From contig JAUYMR010000042.1 of NCBI GenBank assembly GCA_030698695.1, positions 3,174 through 67,173 on the forward strand: a stretch of 64,000 nucleotides of DNA. The letters are read 5' to 3'. A program made the position numbers and the translations under genes. Under the pieces are notes generated by a model. It saw only the letters and a program-made list of their open reading frames with translations. It was not told where the DNA came from and made no database searches. Within the stretch, counting starts at the first letter, position 1, and each line of letters begins with the position of its first letter. Below, in pieces: positions 32,100-43,200 of the stretch. The DNA is from a bacterium (GTDB taxonomy: Bacteria > Patescibacteriota > Minisyncoccia > UBA6257 > WO2-44-18).

Positions 32100-33818
32100 T
32101 CACGCTTCTTCGGTATCTCTTAACACTTCCTCCATACTAACCCTGCCATCAAGACTCTTAAGAATTCCATCTTGTCTTAAAGTTACCATTCCCTGTCTTT
32201 TAGATTCATCCCAAAGTTTATTCTCGGTTACGCCACTGCTAATAATATCTGAAAGTTGCGGCGTCATTTTAAAGGCCTCAAAAACAGCCAAACGTCCGAC
32301 AATGCCTTTTTGATTGCAAGTGGCGCATCCGCCAGCGTGATAGATTTTATAAGGCGCTTTATATTTAGATCTAATACTTTCCGGCATTTCAGATAATTCT
32401 TTGTTAATAATCTCTGTCATTGCTTGTGAGGCCACGGTGGATTTTTTGCAATCAGGGCACAATTCAGAAACTAAGCGTTGAGCGCCCATAAGATTAAGCG
32501 ATGATGGCAATAAAAATGGTTGTATGCCCAGATCAATTAATCTTGGCACGGCTGTAACTGCATTGTTGGTGTGTAATGTTGTTAAAACAATATGACCGGT
32601 TAGGGCCGCATGCACGGCTAGAGTTGCGGTTTCGCTGTCTCTTATTTCGCCGACCATAATTACATCCGGATCCTGACGCAATATCTCTCTCAAACCACTG
32701 GCAAAATCGTAGCCAATCTCTGGCTTAATTTGTGATTGATTCACTCCTTCAATGGAATATTCCACCGGATCCTCCAAGCTAACAATATTAACGCCATCAT
32801 TATTAAGTATTTGCATCAACGAATAAAGAGTAGTGGTTTTACCAGAGCCCGTCGGACCAGTAATTAGTACCATGCCGTAAGGCTTAGCAATGGCCTCTTT
32901 CAATAAATCTGCGTTCCTGTTCAAAAAACCCAAATCATCTAAACTGCGTAGTCCAACTTTGGGGTCAAGTACGCGCAAAGCCAACTTCTCGCCAAAAGGC
33001 GTTGGAAAACTGGACACGCGAAAATCAATATCTCTATCTAAAATATTCGTACGAAATCGTCCATCTTGAGGAATGCGAGTCTCATCAATTTTTAAATTGG
33101 AAAGTATCTTAACGCGAGAAATAATAGGTTGATGCAATTCTATTGGCAACGATAATACTTCTTGCAGAACTCCATTTTTTCTAAATCTAACTCGCAAACG
33201 ATTGCGTTGCGGCTCTAAATGGATATCTGAAGCATCGGCGCCGACTGCGTCCTTTAAAATAGACGACACTATCTTGATAACTGGCGCTTCTTGAGCTACG
33301 GCCATCTCCGATTCCATTGTTATGCCCCGCTGACCGCTTAACGGCTTAATGGCTCTCAAAGCTGCCTGCACCTCGTCTTTATTGGCCCCACCATATTGTT
33401 TGAGGACAGCCATAACGTCTTTAGGCGTAACCAAATAAACTCCCAAATTGATTTTTAAATCCTTACCCACAAAACGCAAGGCCTCTTTTACACTGGCGTC
33501 TTCCGGATTGACAGCGCCGACTATCAACATATCACTTTTCTTTTCCAGCGGAATTATTTTGTATCTATTAGCCGCGTCTGTAGGTATTAATTTTAATAGT
33601 TCCGGCGATAATTGATCGGGATCAACCTTTTTATAAGGTATTTTTAATAGCTGGCTTTTTATTTTAGCGACCTCTTCTTCGGCCACTAATTGACGATCAT
33701 AAACCAATTGCTCTGCCGATCTTTTAGTAGATCCAACATCGCCTAACAACCTATCGGCCGCATCCGAAGTGATCAATTTTGCATCAATTAAAGCTTTTAT
33801 AAGTTCTTTGTCTTTCAT
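32100..33818 (-). CDS. pilB: type IV pilus assembly ATPase PilB (GspE family)
   Basis: An N-terminal GSPII-like domain, Walker A 'GPTGSGKTTT' and a tetra-Cys (CPDC..C..CN) in 572 aa. Confidence 0.9.
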   Translation of the reverse strand: MKDKELIKALIDAKLITSDAADRLLGDVGSTKRSAEQLVYDRQLVAEEEVAKIKSQLLKIPYKKVDPDQLSPELLKLIPTDAANRYKIIPLEKKSDMLIVGAVNPEDASVKEALRFVGKDLKINLGVYLVTPKDVMAVLKQYGGANKDEVQAALRAIKPLSGQRGITMESEMAVAQEAPVIKIVSSILKDAVGADASDIHLEPQRNRLRVRFRKNGVLQEVLSLPIELHQPIISRVKILSNLKIDETRIPQDGRFRTNILDRDIDFRVSSFPTPFGEKLALRVLDPKVGLRSLDDLGFLNRNADLLKEAIAKPYGMVLITGPTGSGKTTTLYSLMQILNNDGVNIVSLEDPVEYSIEGVNQSQIKPEIGYDFASGLREILRQDPDVIMVGEIRDSETATLAVHAALTGHIVLTTLHTNNAVTAVPRLIDLGIQPFLLPSSLNLMGAQRLVSELCPDCKKSTVASQAMTEIINKELSEMPESIRSKYKAPYKIYHAGGCATCNQKGIVGRLAVFEAFKMTPQLSDIISSGVTENKLWDESKRQGMVTLRQDGILKSLDGRVSMEEVLRDTEEA

Positions 33819-33946
33819 CCCGTTAGAGATAGGATGCGCTGATAAAGCACATCCGTAAAGTTAGGATTAATTTAAAATCACAGATGACACGTAATCTCAT
33901 AATAAATATAATGATATAACTAAATTGTCTCTAAAAGGATTCATCG

Positions 33947-34258
33947 TTAAAACGGCTGAAAAGGATTGGCCCGACCAATTACACCAACAGTCTGAACGGG
34001 TACGTAATTCGTCAGATTTCTGAACGCCTGACTGTTCAAAACTGTTGTTGAGTCAATCTCGGAATTATAAATTCGCTCTGCCGATTGCAATGGCGGAGGT
34101 ACGATAATATCAAAAGCCGGTGTCGGGGCGAAAAACAAATAATAGACAATCGCTCCTATTATCACTATCAAAACTATCAGCCCGATAAGCTTTCCCAAGC
34201 CAGATGATTTTTCTTTTCCTTCTATAATGTTTGCCATGTTATTGATAGTATGCGTCAA
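33947..34258 (-). CDS. small membrane-anchored protein in pilMNO block (PilP-like position), hypothetical
   Basis: 103 aa with one TM helix, overlapping the upstream gene by 20 nt. Confidence 0.3.
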   Translation of the reverse strand: MTHTINNMANIIEGKEKSSGLGKLIGLIVLIVIIGAIVYYLFFAPTPAFDIIVPPPLQSAERIYNSEIDSTTVLNSQAFRNLTNYVPVQTVGVIGRANPFQPF

Positions 34259-34754
34259 CCGACAAATTATATGTATCGTCCCTAATGGTTAAATGATTCA
34301 CATCCATAATCCTAATATTAGTTTCCAGCGTTTGTAAAAATGATTTTAGCGCGTTATAAGATCCTCTAAGGCCCAGATTTATTCTAACCATACCCAAACC
34401 TGACGAATCAGAACTTGGCTGGCTCAAACTTAACGATATCATTTGCAAACCGCTGTTTTGTCCTAAACTATAAATCTGTTGGAATAACGATGCTGTGTCC
34501 GCACCTAGCGGCAATACCAAGGAAATGATTTCTTGCAATCTGGCCGCGCTTTGGTATTGAGAAAGCAAGTCGCTAACACGATCAATAATTTCTTTTTGAC
34601 CGTCAAACAATTTTGTTTTCGCCGCTAGATTCCCTCTTAACTCCTGAATATTATCATATTCAGGACTAATAAAATTAGCATAAAAAACCAACGCGCCGAT
34701 CAATAACGCGGCTGACGCCAAAAGACTTAAACTTCTTTTAGAGCTGGCTTTCAT
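34239..34754 (-). CDS. PilO-like pilus assembly protein
   Basis: N-terminal TM helix, then a coiled-coil and ferredoxin-like portion, positioned after pilN as in pilMNOP operons. Confidence 0.45.
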   Translation of the reverse strand: MKASSKRSLSLLASAALLIGALVFYANFISPEYDNIQELRGNLAAKTKLFDGQKEIIDRVSDLLSQYQSAARLQEIISLVLPLGADTASLFQQIYSLGQNSGLQMISLSLSQPSSDSSGLGMVRINLGLRGSYNALKSFLQTLETNIRIMDVNHLTIRDDTYNLSVDAYYQ

Positions 34755-34759
34755 CCCGT

Positions 34760-34794
34760 TAAAAACAGAACGCGCTTAATAGGCGCGTTCGTAC
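34760..34794 (-). terminator. intra-operon hairpin/attenuator between pilN-like and pilO-like genes
   Basis: An 8-bp stem gaacgcgc/gcgcgttc (34772-34794, loop ttaatag) is followed on the minus strand by uguuuuu. Confidence 0.5.
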
Positions 34795-34883
34795 TGCGAT
34801 AGTTAGTCTTGAGTTGTTGACCTTGTATGATTTCATGTGGAATATAATTAGTTTGATTTAATTGCTTTTAACGGGATTCATCA

Positions 34884-35414
34884 TTATTTAAATACTGTTG
34901 GATTTAAAACTAGACCAACTTTGAAATTAACCAAAGACCCGCGAGCATCTGTTTGATTAAGATAAAAACTTTCCAATTCCGACGTCTCTTTAAAAGATTG
35001 TAGTTGTTGCGACAAAACACTATAAGACTGAGCTACTCCATCAACAATAACTGTGCGCTTTGCAACATCTAAATCAAACCCGCTATAATAAACTCTTTGA
35101 TTAGTAATACGCTCTAAAAGCGGCAAAACTTTTGAAATAATGACGTGCTTGTTTAAAACATTTTGCAAATTACCCAACTGACCATAAAAACGAAGTAAGT
35201 TTTGTTGCTCAACCTCCGGTATTGTCCGAGCTAGTTCGGCTATTTCGGCATCTTTATCCTCAATTTGTGAATGAAGATATGATCCATAACCAAATCGCAA
35301 TCCTAAATAACCAGCCGCCAATGCAACAAATAATATTATAGAGAACGACAATAGCCGCCATGGCCAACCCACTTCTAATTTTTCTGGCCCAAAATTATCT
35401 AAATTATTTGCCAT
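34884..35414 (-). CDS. PilN-like pilus assembly protein
   Basis: A 176-aa bitopic protein directly downstream of pilM, with a 1-nt gap. Confidence 0.45.
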   Translation of the reverse strand: MANNLDNFGPEKLEVGWPWRLLSFSIILFVALAAGYLGLRFGYGSYLHSQIEDKDAEIAELARTIPEVEQQNLLRFYGQLGNLQNVLNKHVIISKVLPLLERITNQRVYYSGFDLDVAKRTVIVDGVAQSYSVLSQQLQSFKETSELESFYLNQTDARGSLVNFKVGLVLNPTVFK

Positions 35415-35415
35415 T

Positions 35416-36489
35416 TTAAAAATCCTTCTTCAAACCCAAGCCAATAGCTGTACTTAATTCCGTTCTCAAACCTTCCACCAAGGGCTTAAGAGCTAGAGGA
35501 TAATTGATTTTATCAAAAGGGTCGCCCCTCTTAACTACCATCCCCAACTGTTCACCGATATAAGCGGTTATTCCAGTTAACCTAGAGCCACCACCGGCTA
35601 GAACCACCAATTCAACATTGATCTTATATGTTTCTTCGTAACTATTTTTGACTCTCCTAGCTTCATTAATTATAACATCTAATATCGGCTTAATGAGTGT
35701 GGATAACTCAGCAGTGGCTCCGCTACTTGTCAAGCCATGCCGTTTTTTCAAATCTTCGGCTTTACGAACAGAGACATCAAGACCGGTAGATAAAACTTGA
35801 GTTAATGATCCTCCGGCAAAATCAGTTTGGTTAGTGAACTTCAACAAGCCATTCTGAGCAATAGAAAAACTGGTTGATCGCGCGCCTATATCAATAATCA
35901 TCATCGGCTTCTCTACGCCGGATGAAAAGATTCTCGCCTGACTTACGCCCTCCATTTCCATGGCTACCAAATCAAGCCCCGCAACTTCAAAAATCCTTTT
36001 ATATTTTTCAATTTGCTCATTTAAAATGGCAATCAAAAAAATCTGTTGTTTTTTAGACCCATTTCCATCATCTCTTTCCCCCACTTTAAACCAATTCAAA
36101 GTTACAGACTCCATAGATAACGGCACATATTGCTTAGCTTGAAATCGCATAGCGCGGTCCAAATCTTCTGTCGGCATTGATGGCAATTCAATCAAGGTGG
36201 TAAAAGCCGCGAAAGCGGGCAAAGAAACAATGGCCTGATTGGTCTCAATTCCCGCCTTATTAATTAGTAGCTTAAGATAGCTAGCCGTTTCTGTGTCTAT
36301 TAATTTTAGACTACTACTCTGCAAAACTTCATTAACTCTATCTAAATAAGAATAAGTCTCCAAAACCCCATAATTTTTTAGCGTAAAATTGTTTTTTGAT
36401 CTATTTATTTCAACCACCTTAATAGACGTGGTTCCAATATCCACGCCTAAATAAGTTTTGGATTTAGTTAATGATTGCCACCATGACAT
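35416..36489 (-). CDS. pilM: type IV pilus assembly protein PilM (actin-like ATPase)
   Basis: 'LGVDIGTTSIKVVEI' at the N-terminus and an actin/HSP70 fold of 357 aa. Confidence 0.85.
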   Translation of the reverse strand: MSWWQSLTKSKTYLGVDIGTTSIKVVEINRSKNNFTLKNYGVLETYSYLDRVNEVLQSSSLKLIDTETASYLKLLINKAGIETNQAIVSLPAFAAFTTLIELPSMPTEDLDRAMRFQAKQYVPLSMESVTLNWFKVGERDDGNGSKKQQIFLIAILNEQIEKYKRIFEVAGLDLVAMEMEGVSQARIFSSGVEKPMMIIDIGARSTSFSIAQNGLLKFTNQTDFAGGSLTQVLSTGLDVSVRKAEDLKKRHGLTSSGATAELSTLIKPILDVIINEARRVKNSYEETYKINVELVVLAGGGSRLTGITAYIGEQLGMVVKRGDPFDKINYPLALKPLVEGLRTELSTAIGLGLKKDF

Positions 36490-36529
36490 ATCATTGTTAT
36501 TATATCACGACAAGTAATAAATTGGATTT

Positions 36530-37267
36530 ATGCGAAATTTATCAAAAACCTTGTTGGTTGTCCGAAATCTATTCCTAAGTATACTATTTCCCAAATTTTG
36601 TTGTAATTGCCGCGAATTATTATCAGAGTCATATCAAGGATTGTGCTCAAATTGTTCATCTTTGATAAATTTTAACCAAACATCTTTTTGTTCTATCTGC
36701 AGAGCTCGCTTGCCCCAGAACAAAAAAATATGCCACAAAGATGCTCCATATATTTTAGCAGCGGCCACAAACTATAATAGCGCCGCGATTCGCAATTTGA
36801 TTTGCCAATATAAATATCGTCGTCGCCAAACGCTGGTTAACCCTCTGGCAAATATTGTAAATACATTCATTGATAAATCAGGACTTAAATCAATAATCTC
36901 AACCGATACTTTGATAATCCCGATACCTCTTCATCCCAAAAAACAACGAGAACGCGGCTTCAATCAAAGCCTGCTCCTGGCGCAATCATTATCTACAACT
37001 TTAAAATTACCGGTAGAAAATATATTGGAGCGTAAAAAACCTACGACCCCCCAAGCGGAAATAAATGATTTTGAAAAAAGAAAAATCAATGTAGCCGATT
37101 GCTTCGCCATTAATGAAACTGCGCGAATCACGAATAAAATTAAGAATAAGGACATTGTCTTAATTGATGACGTCTATACCTCCGGATCAACACTTAATGA
37201 AGCAGCTAAGATGTTAAAAATTTGTGGCGCCAAAAAGATTATCGCCCTAGTCATAGCTAAGGCATAA
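36530..37267 (+). CDS. comFC: ComF family protein (ComFC-like phosphoribosyltransferase, competence)
   Basis: An N-terminal Cys cluster (CCNCREL..CSNCSS..CSICRARL) and a C-terminal PRTase motif 'IVLIDDVYTSGSTLNEA'. Confidence 0.85.
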   Translation: MRNLSKTLLVVRNLFLSILFPKFCCNCRELLSESYQGLCSNCSSLINFNQTSFCSICRARLPQNKKICHKDAPYILAAATNYNSAAIRNLICQYKYRRRQTLVNPLANIVNTFIDKSGLKSIISTDTLIIPIPLHPKKQRERGFNQSLLLAQSLSTTLKLPVENILERKKPTTPQAEINDFEKRKINVADCFAINETARITNKIKNKDIVLIDDVYTSGSTLNEAAKMLKICGAKKIIALVIAKA

Positions 37268-37297
37268 TCTAAGGCCTTGCGATGGCCTTAGATTATG
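37263..37297. terminator. 14-bp perfect stem-loop spanning both convergent stop codons
   Basis: cataatctaaggcc-ttgcgat-ggccttagattatg. There is no U-tract on either side. Confidence 0.45.
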
Positions 37298-40200
37298 GGG
37301 TTGGCTCTTCAGCTGGTGCTGGCTCCTCGGGGGCTAGCGCCGGTTCTTCTGCTGGTGCTGGCTCTTCTGCTGGGGCCTCCTCTACGGCTGACTCTTCAGC
37401 TGGTGCTGGCTCTTCAGTTGACTCCGGCTGAGACTGAATCAATGACGAGCAAACACCAGAAGTGGTCTCAGCCAATCCATTGCGAACAAATAGACAATAT
37501 GGCTGATTAGTTTCGGTGTCATATAAAGTTATTCCCGTAGGAGCTGAAGATGAGCCAACTTCCAATTTCCCAACTATTAATTCTTTAATAGTCACCAAGG
37601 CGTCTCTCAACCAATTAGCCACTATATTGATAATCTGTGCTACCAGACCATCACCTTCTAAATTAAGACTGCTATTCTCTTGATTGACTGGAGATTCTAA
37701 CGAAACCGGCATCCAATAAGTAAGATTAACGAACATCAAGACCTTGCTATGATTTTCTTCGGTGGGGCCATCAAAATTGCTGATAGCATAACCCAAGATG
37801 CGGCCCGCTTGATTGGCTTTTTTAGCGACTCCGGCTTCCGAAGAAATAGTCAACGGGTCCCCTATAACGATAGGTCCATTTTCTAGATTCACTTTAACCG
37901 GAACACGACCAGAAAGAGCTAGCGGGGCTTTGTCGGGATCAGGACTATAAAAACCACTAAGAGCTTTGATGTGACTACCCTCAAACACGATGGCCGGGGA
38001 AGTTGAAATAACGCCTGCCAATTTTTCTGGCCCGGTAGCTTTTGATATATGAGCCGGACTGGAGCCGTCAAACATAACCACATCGCCACCAGTTAATGCT
38101 TCACTAGTTGGATAAAGCTCGGCAAGATCGTTTAACACACAATCACCTAAACTATTAGTATCACGGCATTGATCGTTAGCGGCTATAGAGATTGCCGTAT
38201 TGCCCTCATCGCTACCGCTAGCATTAATTAATAAAGCTGGAAGAGTATTGTTGTTGGTGTTGTCTATGGACAAAGTCCCTCCCGGCGAAGTAGTTCCAAT
38301 GCCGATTAAGCCGTTATCCAAAACCGTCATTATGGTCGTTGAGGCGTTATTAACTAATTGCAATAATTGACCGGTGCCCGTGCCTGCTCCCCAAACACTA
38401 AATTGAGAATAAGGAGTAGTGGTGCCGACAGCTACACGATTGCCAAAAGTGGCAGACGTCACATTTCCCAAACTGGTGCTGGTAGCCACGACACTGATAG
38501 GCCCAGCGCTCAACAATCCGTTAGTGCCTATATTGACGCCACCGCCAACCTGCAAACGACCGCCGATTTCAACATCTTTATATATGCGCGCCTCACCAGC
38601 TTCCAAAGAATGAATATTGGCGGCCACGGTCTCTATACCGGAAATATCTCTAACTTCTAGAACTCTAGTACCGGAGCCACCGGTCTGGGGACCTATGAAA
38701 AGACGCCTGCCGGAAATATCAAAAGATTCCGGATTAGGATTGGTAGTTGAGGCGCTACCTATTAACACTGGACTCGCTGGATCAAAGACGTCAAAAATAT
38801 GCATACTGGCTATGTCATCAAATGCCTTTCCAGCAATAACATATGCATAACGACCACGAACTTTTATGCCGGCTGGTCTTCTAAAAGCATTTGCCAATTG
38901 ACTGACTTTGGCCGGACTACTGGTAGAAATATCAAATATTTCTAACAATGGGTCATCGCCGCCGTCAGAAGTAACATAGGCATAATTTCCAACAACTTCC
39001 AAGTCATTATTAGTGACGGCATTCATATTGATGGGGGCACTACCGATAACCGCGGGCGTGCTGGTGGAAATATCCACCTTAGCCAAAGCGTTATTACCGC
39101 CGTCAAGAACGTATAAATAACGACCCAGAACTTTAGCGCCGCGCATATTGTTGCTAAAATCCATAGTGGACACAAGATTGGGAGCGATGGGATTGGTGAT
39201 GTCCCAGACAGCCAATGAAGGACTGTTGCCGAAAATATATGCCCTGCCACCAACCACAGTAACACCATTGCCACCGCCAGTATTGGTTGAGCTTATAATA
39301 GCCGGTCTCAAAGGATCAGATATATCAATTATCACCAAAGAAGTATTTATCTGATCCATAACATAGGCATAGCGACCAGCAATGGTTATAGACACCGGAT
39401 TGGGACCGCCTCCCGTAAGAGCAACTGTAGCAACTTGAGCCGGAGAAGTGGTAGAAATATCAAAGACCAGAATATTGCCGCCATTGGAATTAGTTAAATA
39501 AGCATATTTACCAGAAATAGCCATTTCTTGTGATTGAACACCATCGTCCAAAGTGGCATAGCCCAATAAACTCGGGGTAGAAGTTGCCGGATTGAATATG
39601 TTGCCCCAAACAACTAACCTATCCTTAACATTAGTAGCAACGGTTGACGTACCTATCAATAATTGACCGTTATTATTTATAGTGAGAGCAGGAATCGTAT
39701 TGAGTCCACCGCCAACCGAAGTTGGCGTAACAGTACTACCAGAAGTCCAAGTGCCCAAAGACGATCCTTTAGTAAAATCATCTGGGTCACGAGCAAATAT
39801 TCCCAAAGTGTTGTCATCTATCATCCCTAAATTGACCAAGTCCGTATGGTCATAATAATCGCTGTAGCCAGCTGAATCTATATTCCTCAAAATACGATAA
39901 CCTTCAACATCTGGATCGTCAGACGCATTCCACGTCATCGCAACCCAAAAATCAACGTCACATTTGGAACTATCAGTCTCTATATAATCAGAAGAATAGA
40001 TAACAGTTCCACTAACGGTTTTAAAAGAGTAAATTCGATAATCCAAACACCCAGAAACATAATCACCATCCCCGCCTATATTATTAGCAGTTAATGGTGA
40101 TCCTGGACCAGATATAGTCGACGCCGCTGTCGTTGAGGCAATCATACTTCCAAATTGCAAACTTCCGCTTGAAGTAGTAAGGGCAAGATTACCAGATGAA

Positions 40201-43200
40201 CTAATGCCACCCGATGTTATGTACGTCGTACCCGTACCAACTTGTAGAGTTCCCCTAACTAATAAATTATTCTCAATCGTGGAAGTGCCCGTGCCGCCGA
40301 CGTATAATCTGCCAGATAGGGCAAATTTTTCAGCCGGAGTAGATGTGCCGACCCCCAAGGCACCCATAAAAGTAGAAGTAGCTGTGGTAGATGTGGCTGT
40401 AAAATATTCTGCGGCAACCTGACCAACAATTGATAATTTTGCATATGGAGATGTGGTGCCGATGCCGACGTTGCCGTTGTTGAGAACAGTCATCACGCTG
40501 GTGGAAGCGTTGTTGACGAGTTGCAAAAGATTACCCGTTCCAGTTCCTGAACCCCAGACGGTGAGACGAGCATAGGGGGTTGAGGTGCCGATGGAGACGC
40601 GGTTGCCAAAGGAGGCGGAAATTATATCCCTAGTAGAGCTTGCGGACACAGCAATCGGGCCGTCGCTAAGAACGCCACCATAACCGACATTTAAGCCGCT
40701 ATAAACGTTGAGATTACCCGAAATATTAACACTATTGCGCACTTGAAGATCTCCGGCTTCTAAAGAGTGAACAATAGCCGATGTCGTTTCTATGCCGGAG
40801 ATGTCGTAAACTTGCAAACCTGAAGAACTTGAGAGTGCGTAAGCATAACGACCGGCAACTTTAACAGCTGAGGGATTGGCGCCGATTGTGATCGTAGATA
40901 CGACGACAGGAGATAGCGGATTAGAAACATCTATAGTCTGCAAACTGTTCGCGCCATAATTTATTACATAAGCATAGCGACCAGACACACTCAAACCATT
41001 CGGGTTGGTTTCTGTATCAATAGATGACAAAAGGACTGGTGTAACATAAGGATCGGAAACATCAAAAATATAAAGCTTGCTATCCGTATAATGGGTAACA
41101 TAGGCATAGCCATTGTTTACATAAATTTCCCCGGTATTGCTAGTCACGAAACTATAAGTGCTTATTTTTACCACATCATAAGGATCGCTCGCGTCATAGA
41201 TGGCTAGCTTGCTGGCGTTCCAATTAACCATATAAACATATTTACCAGAAACAAAGATTGATTTTGGATTCGCGTTGCCGGCAACTGAATCAGTCAAGAT
41301 GGGATTGGTCGGATTAGAAATATCAAAAACTCTCAAAGGGATTGTTGAATCTCCCACATAAGCATAGCGACCGGAAACAAATAGACCTTGAGCTATATTA
41401 AGAGTGGTAGTTGAAACAATAATGGGATTTTTAACATTAGAAATATCTACAATCTGAAAACTAATATCGGTAGCTATATACGCGTAATTACCAGCGATAT
41501 AAATTGTCCTAGGATTAGTATCCAAGGTAAGAGTTGAAACTAATGCCGGACTGCTCGTAGATATATCAAAAATTTGCAATGTTTCTCCGGTACCGACTAC
41601 ATAGGCATATCTTCCGACGATAGATAAATCATATGGAGCGGTCGCGCTAGCCGACCCCACCAAAGTCGGCGTAGAGGTAGCCGGATTGAAAATGTTGCCC
41701 CAAACGACAAGGCGGCTGTTTTTGGCTTCAGCTGTGGTAGCTAATGTTGAAGTGCCAATGAGGACTTGGCCTCCATATGGATTGAGTAGAAGTTTGCCGG
41801 TGGTGGTAGCTCCAGAGACGATAAGGTCTCCGGTGCCGGTGGTAGCGGCGGCTATTGGGCCGGCGAAGGTAGATGTAGCGGTGGTTGTGGAGGTGAAGTA
41901 GGCGCCAACGATTTCACCGACTACTGAGAGTTTGGCATATGGAGATGTAGTGCCGATACCAACGTTGCCGTTATTACTAATTCTTAACCATTCTGTGTAG
42001 GTAGATAGCGAGTCATTTAAAATACCAAAGGCAAGGGCTCCGGCTGACGACGAAGCATAAACATGCTTAAGATCTGTTCCGCCACCTATATCAGTTAGTA
42101 ACAGTTGAGGACTGGTGGTCGCAGCTATTTGTAATTTATTGTTAGGAGTTGAAGTCCCAATACCTACACTGTCAGTAAGAGTGTCTAAAACCACGACTGT
42201 TCCATTATCACCCCAACCGCCAACGCCGCCCCAAGCGCCGTTAACATAAGCGCGCAAGCCATTGGTGTCGGTAGAATAATATAAAGTACCGTTGCCCACC
42301 CCAGACGGATCGCCACTCAATGATCCTAAAGTCAGCGAACCAGATAAAGTTGTAGTAGCCGCGCTAAGTATTCCTGAAAATGTTGAAGTAGATGTATTGG
42401 AAACTATTAAATTGGTGATAGTTGTCGTGCCCAATGTTCCGGTAAAATTAGTGATGCCGTTGGTAATACTAGCCGTTCCGCTCACGGTCAAGCTATCAAC
42501 CGACAAGCTGGAAATAGTATTAGTAAAATTCGGACTGGTGATATTGGGAGAATTGATAGTCGGCGAAGAAATAGTTAAATAATTAGTGTCTCCAACTGAC
42601 CCCAATGAATTGATACGATTGCTTAACGCTAAACTTTTATTGAGTTCGGCAATGGCTTCTGATTTGTTTTCATTTTGGACTTGAAGCAATCCAATTTGTG
42701 ATTCCAATAAACTAAGACGAGATAGCAATTCGTTGCTGGCTAGAAGACCGGAACTAACTTCTCTGATAATAGTCGTAGTCGTTGGTTGTAGTTGGGATTG
42801 AATTAACAAATTATTGCTAGTCGTAACATTTTGTATATTTGTATCTGGCGAGTCTTGTCCGGAATCTATAACAATATCCGCGTCTGAAGATGTGAACCAT
42901 TCCCCAATAGCATAAAAAATATTTTTAGCTTTTAATAACGCCGAATCAAAAATCTCTCCGAGAGTAGGCCAGGTCCTGGGTTTAAAAATTGGCGCTTGAT
43001 TTTGTTGTGTCTGGTTTTGAGAAGAAACAAATTCTAAAGAATTTATATCATATATATCCGGTATTGTCGGGGAGGTCGGATTCAGATCTGTTATTTGTGT
43101 TTGAGCTTGTGCTAGATAGTTATTAGCAACCGACAATGAACTGGAAACGTTGGTGGTTTGTTTTATATCAACACCGACCGACGACACCGGAGAAATCGGT

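Noticed and set aside
37295-42582. Many plus-strand ORFs (37295-37510, 38367-38850, 39148-39354, 40204-40422, 41686-41901, 42292-42582) inside the giant minus-strand gene
   Set aside because: They are repeat-driven open frames antisense to a single continuous 2049-aa ORF with coherent domain architecture.
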